Shown: positions 56,556-64,000 of the stretch, in pieces
Layout: every line of letters begins with the position of its first letter
Position numbering within the stretch: position 1 is the first letter of the stretch
Assembly: GCA_964187785.1 (NCBI GenBank)
Contig: OZ076409.1
Coordinates: 30,630,001 to 30,694,000 of the forward strand
DNA length: 64,000 nucleotides
Direction of reading: 5' to 3'
Source of the DNA: Amphiscolops sp. MND2022
Taxonomy: Eukaryota
Notes under the pieces: generated by a model
Databases searched by the model: none
The model's input: only the letters and a program-made list of their open reading frames with translations
Told to the model about the DNA's origin: nothing
Translations under genes and position numbers: made by a program

Positions 56556-59500
56556 TGACTGATTCAAATCTCCTTCTCCCCCTTCCTTTCGCCCCAAACC
56601 CCTCTCATCGTATTACTCGTGATATTTCACACACTCTTCTTCAATTCTTAAACAATCTTATCTATAATTCAACCACTCCTCTTTCTTTTGAAACCTACCC
56701 GGAAGATATTTACACTACTCCACTAATTCGTGAACATCATGATTCTTATTTATATTATATTGACACCAAATCACTTCTTCCTACTTCGGATGAACCTCCA
56801 TTTTCTATTCCGTTCACTTCTCCCTCCACTCACTGTGATACTTTTCAAAAGAATATCCATCCCAATAATATTAAAATTCCAATTGCCCATGTATTTACAA
56901 CTTTTTTAAACAATCTCCAAGAAAAAAATAACCTTCTACCTCATCATGTTTTTAACCCTTCCTCTATTCAAGCACTTCTTCAAAAGGAATCTCTTTTTGA
57001 CCTTCCCAATATTGAACAATTTCGCACTATTGAAAATAATCCTCACCATTGGCTTCTCACAGATATATTCCAAATTCATCACTTTCAATATCAATTTTTT
57101 CAAAATCTTACCCTCAATAAAGATACCAAAGAACAAATTCAAATATATTCCCTTTTTCTCCGAAAATTCTTTAGACATAATTACCAACTAGTTTGGCATT
57201 CAAAATTTCAAACCGCTTGTAAAAACTTCCCACAACAATTCACCACTGATGAACTTCTACCTTTCCTTGACACTCCTGATCACCAACATCCCCATTATTA
57301 TAATCTTCTTGACTTTCCTCCTTCTCATTTTGAATATCTTGTCTATGATACTAATAGTATTGATAAAAGCCTCAATCTTTCTCCTCCTATTCGCCCTTAT
57401 TTTCAACCATCCAATATTCCTCCTTCGAATGAAACTATTTCTACAGCCTCTATTCAAACTCTCCCTTCCTCATCAAATAATATCACAAATCCTACTTCAT
57501 CTTCAACTCAACGTAATTTTCCTCCTATTCCTCAAGATACAACTTTGAATCACAATAATCCCCCTTCTACTTCTCAAATCACAACGATTCATAATCCTCC
57601 TCTATCTAATTCACCCAATCAATATACAACCCCTTCTAACACCCCACCTGCTGTTATTGCTAATCCCATTCAACATTCAACATTCCAAATTCCTTCATTA
57701 AACCCAATTCCACTTTCTTTAAATACCACTATGCCTGTTCAAAATTTTCCCCAAAATCCTCCATCTTTCTCTAATCAAAGCCATTCTAATCTTCAAACAA
57801 CTTCTTCTACAACCCAATCTACATCATATAACCCTTATATTTCTCTTTATCCTACCTTTCAAAATTTCCCCACTAATTCCTTTCAACCCCCTCCAAATCC
57901 ACCTAATTCACTCCCCCCTACTTCCACACTATCATTCAACCCTCCTTCTTCTTATCCTTCCTTTCCGTTTCCAAATACTCCTTCTGTTCCTTTTGCTGCC
58001 CTTTCCGATCCTATTAAACTTTTTGATGGCTTAGATCATACCTATCCTCCAGAAAAATTCTTAGCCCACCTCAGCGCTCGTGTTACATTTCAACTTGGAC
58101 CTCAACCTGTAGATTTGCAATCATATTTAACTTGGCATTCTCGCCGAATGTCTCTTCTGTATTGTTCCCTCACAGGAACTGCTTCCAATTGGTATGACCG
58201 TCTCCCACAAGTCTATAAAGATGATTGGTCTTCCTTCCTTCAAATTTTTAAGAAACAATTCTATTCTCAAAAACACGCATATCATGCTCAAATTGAAGCC
58301 CTTTCTCTTCTTAAAAAGGATAATGAAAATGTTCGTCATTTCGCTCTTAAAGTTGAAACCCTTGTAAAACAAGGCTGGTACAATGAATATCCTTCAACGA
58401 TTAACCTTAAATGTAATGAAATTTTTACCCGTGGCCTACCAAAAAAATTAAAAGACTTCGCTAATAAACGTCAAGTTAAACATATTTCAAGCTCATTAGA
58501 ACCTTCAATCCCATTTCATTCTCTAGTTAATATGGTTGATTCCGAAGATATAACTCTTGAAAAAATTAAAACTCAAGAACTTTCTCTTGAAATTAACAAT
58601 TTGTCTAATACCTTCCAACAAAATACAACAATTCAAGATTCTCCTCCAGAACCACCACAAGTTCAAGCTATGGATCCAAATAATAAATCAAAACCCCAAT
58701 TCAAGAAATATTGTTCATTTTGTCATAAAAATAATCACTCTGTTTCAACTTGTTTCCGCCGTCTCAATATGCTTAAAGAATCAAAACCACAATCTAGATC
58801 TCCAACCCCCACGTTTTATCAACATTTTAAAAATCCTTCCAATAAACCTCACTATTCTCGTCACCGTAGTCGAAGTTATAGTAATCCTCCTCGCAAATCT
58901 TCTCGCGACACTCGATATCAATCTCGTTCTCATTCACGTTCACATTCACGTCCCAGGTATAATACTAAACCCTACTCCCGACCATATTCACCTTATCACA
59001 ATCGTGATAGATCTCGATATGATAAACATTATTACCCTACTCAAAATAAATCATATTCTTCTACACGCTCATATTATAACTCTAATTCCTCTCGCAGTCC
59101 ATCTAAATATTACCCTCGCTCTCGCGAACGTTCCTCCAATTTTAACACCTCTACCTTCAATAGATATAATTCTCCTTATCGTCCTCCTTCTAAACCACGT
59201 AATGATCGCTATCGTAGTAGATCTCATTCAAATTCACACAACTATTCTCAAACTCAGTACAAGCCCTCTATAAATCTCACACATCCTTCTACACCACCTC
59301 CTCAAACAAATTCTCATACAGAATCCTTTTTTGAAATCAACATGTATCACCCTACTATCTCCTCCCCCCAATCTTCTTCTACTTCCTCTGAACAAGCAAA
59401 TGCTATTACACCTTCCACTTGGTTCGTTAATCTATATGTTTTCAAACCAAATGAAGATACCTCCATTCCTTCTAAACTAGAACTCTTATTTCTTCTTGAC

Positions 59501-62500
59501 AGTGGTGCATCCATCTGTGTTTTAAATTTACCTACTTTTACCTTTTTAGCTAAACACTTCTTAAAATGTTCAACACATCCTCCACAACAAAACGAATACA
59601 AAACGTTAACTGTTGCTAATAAATCCGAAGTACCCATACTTCATAATCTAATACTTACACTCCATACTTCTCTTAATGGAAATACTCGTACCCTTGTTAT
59701 TCCTTTTGCAGTCGCAAATATTAAATATAACATACTTGGAACTCCCTTCTTTGAACAATATGTAAAAACTCTTGATATTGAAAACATGTTCCTCACATTT
59801 AACACTCCACACGAATCTCGTATTAACACTCTCCCTTTTACAGCCCATAAGGAAAAGGATTACCCATATTTTTCATATATATACACAATTAATGTCAAAA
59901 ACAAAATTTATTTTAAACCCAATGCATCGCAAGTTATTCATTTTCCTATTCAACCAACACTTCCGCTAACATTTAAAACCTCCGACAATGAAGTTATATT
60001 CCCTTCTACACCTCATCCATTTTTTAATACACGCTTCAATTCAACTTTCAATTTCCTCCAAGTCTATCAAAATGTTAAAACCGAACCTTCAACATGTTCT
60101 GTCATCATTCAAAATATTACACATCACTCTGCTACCCTTGCTCCTGGATATATTGGATATATTGAAGTTCCTGCTACAAATATTCAACCCTCTCGTTATA
60201 AAGTAAATGATGTAAATTCCTTAATACATTCCATATTTCATTCTTACTATCCTGATATTTCTGAACCGAAACCTCCCCGTCGACGTTCTTCTCTCCGCAA
60301 TCCTCAAATTGAAATAAATAATTTGCAACCTTCCCAAATCTTAACAAGACCCCTTCCACCTTTGCCATATTCACCAGATACCCAACAATTTCTTAATAAA
60401 TTCAAATTTCAATATTCAGATGTTTCTGATGAAGAATATTTACAATTGTGTTCCATTCTTGTTAAATACCGCACATGCTATGCAACACATAAAAATGATG
60501 TTGGTCAAATAGCTACCCCTTTTCGAATTCGCCTTAAACCCAATGCTAAACTTCAAACCCAACGCCCTACCAAAGTTCCCATTCACTATAGGGAAAAATT
60601 AAAAAAACTCCTTGATGAATTAGAAAAACACAATATTATTCGCCAAATTGGTTCCAACCCCTCTGATAAATCCATTTATGGTACCACGTTTTTAAATCCT
60701 CTCATCATTATCCCCAAAGGAGATACTATTAAAGTTGTTTTAGACGCACGTCATCTTAACTCTAATACTGATCAATCTTTTGAATCTTGGCCTATTGAAC
60801 CTTTAGCTCCTCAGCTTGCTCGCGCTAACAAAAAATTTAAATCTGCTATTGACCTTATGTATGCTTATGCTCACGCTCCATTAGATGAAGAAACTATCAC
60901 TTTAACCAGTTTTTCCTCTGGTGACAAACTTTATGCTTTTATTCGTGGATTTTATGGTCTTAAAGGCCTACCTAATTTTTTTACCAAACAAATGTATTCC
61001 TTTTTCCAAAAACTTATTGACCAAGGCTTTGCACTAGTTTATATTGATGACATCCTTCTTCTTGCCCATACCAAACCTCATATGTTAAATTTAATAGAAC
61101 AACTCCATCAAATTTGTCAAACAAATAATCTTAAAATTGCTCCTGAAAAATCTTTCTATATTCTTCTCACTGTTAAATTTCTTGGCCATGAAATTGGCAA
61201 TAATACCATTAAACCCATTTCTTCCAAAGTTGATGCTATTCATCAATTAAAAACACCTAATTCCAAAACTGAACTAATGCGCTTCATCGGATCAATGAAT
61301 TTTTATTCTAAATTCATTAACAAATTGCATATTTCTTTAAAACCTTTCTACACTCTTCTCCATGATGACATTTCATTTGAATGGACTCCTGAGTTAGACA
61401 AACTCTTCAATCAAATTAAACTTTCTCTTTCCAAAGATGCAGAACTTGCTATTCCCAATACTACCCATCCCTTTTACATAACAGTAGACGCCTCTTTAAT
61501 AGGTTTAGGCGCAGTCCTATTTCAACCAAATTCCAATAACAAAATGCAAATTCTTTCATATAATTCTCGTATTTTAACAACCCAAGAACAAAAACTCTCT
61601 ACTTATGATAGAGAACTTTGTGCCATTACTTTTGCTCTTTCCCAATATGAATTTATTATCATTGGCTCCAAATTCCCTATAACTGTTTTTACAGATCATA
61701 ACCCTATTCTTTTCCTCTTCACACGCAAAGGTAACCTTACTCCTAGACAGTATAAAGCTCAAATGTTATTAACCAAATTTTCAAACTTGCAAATTATTCA
61801 CACCGCTGGTACAAATCTTACTGTCGCTGACATGCTTAGTAGAGATTTCTCAACTATTAATGCTAAAACTTGCCAACTCCACCATAAAACTCTTCCTCCT
61901 CATATTGATTTTCTACAACTTAAACAAAACAATATTTTGAAACCTGTTCATTATCTTGTAAAACATGAAGATGTCCTTCCTACACAAAAAAATGATTCTC
62001 ACTTAATATTAGCCGATTATGGTGATGATCAATTTACACTTCGTATTCAAGATAAAGGCAATGTTGTTAAATATACTCCTCTTGACTCCTTTTCATTTCA
62101 ATCTGTTTCCTCATTCTTAAACAAATACAAAAAACCAGTCAAAAACAAAGTTAAAACTCTCCTTCAACAAAACCCTCTTTTAAACGAAACTGATTTATAT
62201 GACACAGACGATCCTGTTCTTAAACGAATTCCTCAGCAATCTTCACAAACATCTCATGAACTTCACACTCTTTTTACAGAAGTACAACATCACAATTTCA
62301 ACGATATTACCTTGTCACACGATATTTTAACCAACTTTATAAACTCCCCTCCTATTATTAACCATACTTTACACAGTAACGCTATAACACCAACTTCCCC
62401 AAAAACCATCAATACTCAATCTTTGCCATTTTTTGACCCTTCCTTCTTTGCCCACCGTAAGGCATTTGATAATTTTTTCCTTCCTTCTGACACCTTATTA

Positions 62501-64000
62501 ACATTACCCATTTTACTTCAAGCTCAAAAGGATGATCCTGTTCTTTCTACAGTATATACATGGTTAAAACAAAAACAGAAACCTCACTCCTTGACCCCAA
62601 TTATTAAAGCAAATTCCTTTTTATATACATATTATAAACAATTCCAACACCTATATATAGACCCAACCTCTCACCTCATTCAATATTATACTCCCAATTC
62701 TCGAATTTTTGAAGAAATTTTTATTAAAACCCAACCCTCTATTAACCAGACACGTATATGTTTACCATTTAAACTTTTCTACGCCGCATTCAGTAAAACA
62801 CATTCTCATGGCCACTCCGGTGAAAAACTTTCTATTAAAACTTTTAACCAATTCTATTTTATTCCCCATCTACCTTTATGGTTTTCAATCTTTATCCATG
62901 ACTGTATTGACTGCCAGACAAATAAGCATTTTCCAATTAAACCACAAAATATTTCTCCTCCCCTTCCTTTTTATGAAAACGCTACTCACTTCAATTACCG
63001 GATTTCTATGGACACCAAAGGTCCTATTTCCCCATCTTCTCAAAACAACTCCTATATTTTTGTTATTATTGATGCATTTAGTCACTTCGTTGTTACTAAC
63101 CCAGCTCCTAACATTAATTCAAAATACGCAATTCAAACTCTTCTCCATCACTGGATCACAAAATTTGGCCCCCCTCAATATCTTGTCACAGATCGAGGTA
63201 CCGAATATATCAATCAAGACATGGCTCATTTTTGTTCTCTCTTTCACATTAACCATTCACCTCGAACTCCCTATTCACCATGGACCAATGGTTTGGTCGA
63301 AGTCCAAAATAGAAATCTTGGAACTCACCTCCGAATATTTTTACAAAATCCTCCTACTAACTGGTCATTTCAAACCCAAATGTATGCATATGCTCATAAT
63401 ACAACACCTCTCTCTCAACTTAAACTTTCTCCATATCAAATCGTTTTTCACACCCATCCTCGCATACCTCTTACCTTTTCCCTTAATTTACCTCGAGAGG
63501 CTCAAAAACAATGTATTGCAACTTATTGTGAATCTCTTCCTCCTCATTCACATTATAGTACCCAAAACCTTAACCCATTTTTTCATTCCCTTCTTGACAA
63601 ACCCATCTCATCGTGGCTTTTAGCAGCTGAAACCGCAATGTTAGAAATATATTCAACTGTTCATCGTCATATAAATCACAAACTCAATTCTCAAAGTTCT
63701 ACATTTGAAACTACCCATTTGAAACAACTACCTCTTAATACCTTCGTTATACATACAAACTTTAAACCAGTTACGTTTTCAAACAAACTTAAACCTCTTC
63801 GAATTGGCCCATATAAAATCCTTAAACATCTTTCTGAAGTAACATATGAGCTTCTTTCACAAGATGGCTCTACATTTCAAACTCATCGAAATCATATTTT
63901 GCCATACTACCCTAAAGAACCCATAATTTTCCCATACATTAAACATTATCATTCCACCCCTTCTCTTATCAACAATCCTGATACTGATCCTTACCAAGAC
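56555..64000 (+). CDS. gag-pol: Single-frame Gag-Pol polyprotein (at least 2482 codons, 3'-partial)
   Basis: One frame carries FDGLDH, CSFCHKNNHSVSTC, an RS-rich tract, LLDSGA, YIDD, VDAS, HSHGH...CIDC, TDRG and GPY; missing from the ORF track, as expected if no stop occurs before the window end. Confidence 0.93.
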   Translation, partial: MTDSNLLLPLPFAPNPSHRITRDISHTLLQFLNNLIYNSTTPLSFETYPEDIYTTPLIREHHDSYLYYIDTKSLLPTSDEPPFSIPFTSPSTHCDTFQKNIHPNNIKIPIAHVFTTFLNNLQEKNNLLPHHVFNPSSIQALLQKESLFDLPNIEQFRTIENNPHHWLLTDIFQIHHFQYQFFQNLTLNKDTKEQIQIYSLFLRKFFRHNYQLVWHSKFQTACKNFPQQFTTDELLPFLDTPDHQHPHYYNLLDFPPSHFEYLVYDTNSIDKSLNLSPPIRPYFQPSNIPPSNETISTASIQTLPSSSNNITNPTSSSTQRNFPPIPQDTTLNHNNPPSTSQITTIHNPPLSNSPNQYTTPSNTPPAVIANPIQHSTFQIPSLNPIPLSLNTTMPVQNFPQNPPSFSNQSHSNLQTTSSTTQSTSYNPYISLYPTFQNFPTNSFQPPPNPPNSLPPTSTLSFNPPSSYPSFPFPNTPSVPFAALSDPIKLFDGLDHTYPPEKFLAHLSARVTFQLGPQPVDLQSYLTWHSRRMSLLYCSLTGTASNWYDRLPQVYKDDWSSFLQIFKKQFYSQKHAYHAQIEALSLLKKDNENVRHFALKVETLVKQGWYNEYPSTINLKCNEIFTRGLPKKLKDFANKRQVKHISSSLEPSIPFHSLVNMVDSEDITLEKIKTQELSLEINNLSNTFQQNTTIQDSPPEPPQVQAMDPNNKSKPQFKKYCSFCHKNNHSVSTCFRRLNMLKESKPQSRSPTPTFYQHFKNPSNKPHYSRHRSRSYSNPPRKSSRDTRYQSRSHSRSHSRPRYNTKPYSRPYSPYHNRDRSRYDKHYYPTQNKSYSSTRSYYNSNSSRSPSKYYPRSRERSSNFNTSTFNRYNSPYRPPSKPRNDRYRSRSHSNSHNYSQTQYKPSINLTHPSTPPPQTNSHTESFFEINMYHPTISSPQSSSTSSEQANAITPSTWFVNLYVFKPNEDTSIPSKLELLFLLDSGASICVLNLPTFTFLAKHFLKCSTHPPQQNEYKTLTVANKSEVPILHNLILTLHTSLNGNTRTLVIPFAVANIKYNILGTPFFEQYVKTLDIENMFLTFNTPHESRINTLPFTAHKEKDYPYFSYIYTINVKNKIYFKPNASQVIHFPIQPTLPLTFKTSDNEVIFPSTPHPFFNTRFNSTFNFLQVYQNVKTEPSTCSVIIQNITHHSATLAPGYIGYIEVPATNIQPSRYKVNDVNSLIHSIFHSYYPDISEPKPPRRRSSLRNPQIEINNLQPSQILTRPLPPLPYSPDTQQFLNKFKFQYSDVSDEEYLQLCSILVKYRTCYATHKNDVGQIATPFRIRLKPNAKLQTQRPTKVPIHYREKLKKLLDELEKHNIIRQIGSNPSDKSIYGTTFLNPLIIIPKGDTIKVVLDARHLNSNTDQSFESWPIEPLAPQLARANKKFKSAIDLMYAYAHAPLDEETITLTSFSSGDKLYAFIRGFYGLKGLPNFFTKQMYSFFQKLIDQGFALVYIDDILLLAHTKPHMLNLIEQLHQICQTNNLKIAPEKSFYILLTVKFLGHEIGNNTIKPISSKVDAIHQLKTPNSKTELMRFIGSMNFYSKFINKLHISLKPFYTLLHDDISFEWTPELDKLFNQIKLSLSKDAELAIPNTTHPFYITVDASLIGLGAVLFQPNSNNKMQILSYNSRILTTQEQKLSTYDRELCAITFALSQYEFIIIGSKFPITVFTDHNPILFLFTRKGNLTPRQYKAQMLLTKFSNLQIIHTAGTNLTVADMLSRDFSTINAKTCQLHHKTLPPHIDFLQLKQNNILKPVHYLVKHEDVLPTQKNDSHLILADYGDDQFTLRIQDKGNVVKYTPLDSFSFQSVSSFLNKYKKPVKNKVKTLLQQNPLLNETDLYDTDDPVLKRIPQQSSQTSHELHTLFTEVQHHNFNDITLSHDILTNFINSPPIINHTLHSNAITPTSPKTINTQSLPFFDPSFFAHRKAFDNFFLPSDTLLTLPILLQAQKDDPVLSTVYTWLKQKQKPHSLTPIIKANSFLYTYYKQFQHLYIDPTSHLIQYYTPNSRIFEEIFIKTQPSINQTRICLPFKLFYAAFSKTHSHGHSGEKLSIKTFNQFYFIPHLPLWFSIFIHDCIDCQTNKHFPIKPQNISPPLPFYENATHFNYRISMDTKGPISPSSQNNSYIFVIIDAFSHFVVTNPAPNINSKYAIQTLLHHWITKFGPPQYLVTDRGTEYINQDMAHFCSLFHINHSPRTPYSPWTNGLVEVQNRNLGTHLRIFLQNPPTNWSFQTQMYAYAHNTTPLSQLKLSPYQIVFHTHPRIPLTFSLNLPREAQKQCIATYCESLPPHSHYSTQNLNPFFHSLLDKPISSWLLAAETAMLEIYSTVHRHINHKLNSQSSTFETTHLKQLPLNTFVIHTNFKPVTFSNKLKPLRIGPYKILKHLSEVTYELLSQDGSTFQTHRNHILPYYPKEPIIFPYIKHYHSTPSLINNPDTDPYQD

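Larger units (their letters stand above)
55148..64000 (+). mobile_element. Ty3/Gypsy element D, apparently intact, same clade as A, continues past the window
   Basis: Composition switch at 55148 (TGATATAC), short LTR-like segment, TGG PBS, uninterrupted gag-pol. Confidence 0.93.

Noticed and set aside
56946..63623. Leu/Ile-rich ORFs such as 58557-59273 and 62709-63623
   Set aside because: Off-frame shadows of the gag-pol ORF caused by its T-ending codon bias

Overview
Eukaryotic (probably invertebrate animal) repeat-rich DNA built almost entirely of nested mobile elements; no ordinary host gene is supportable. In order: (A) decayed Ty3/Gypsy gag-pol fragment (1-4740, +); a probable truncated LTR of another Gypsy family (4741-~6535, -); (B) a complete 15.5-kb Gypsy element (6853-22338, -) with 1.89-kb LTRs and GGAAG TSD, followed by a 2.2-kb tandem duplication that creates a third LTR; a complete 14.7-kb Polinton/Maverick (24912-39592) with TIRs, AGTGGA TSD, protease, penton, two packaging ATPases, integrase, major capsid and pPolB, several now disrupted; (C) a decayed Gypsy element (40512-55147, +) with macro-domain-like and SGNH-like extras; and (D) an apparently intact Gypsy element (55148 to window end, +) whose gag-pol ORF runs off the window. 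The main candidate for an undescribed system is element B, which is organised like a complex retrovirus: Gag starts inside the LTR and reads through the PBS, Pol is reachable by a -1 frameshift at A-AAA-AAC, an extra sense ORF runs into the 3' LTR, and an intact five-exon antisense gene encodes a 1094-aa protein resembling a catalytically dead hAT transposase. Element D has five covarying three-way-junction RNA motifs and paralogous transmembrane micro-ORFs in its leader. All domain calls come from motif recognition by eye; no database search was run.
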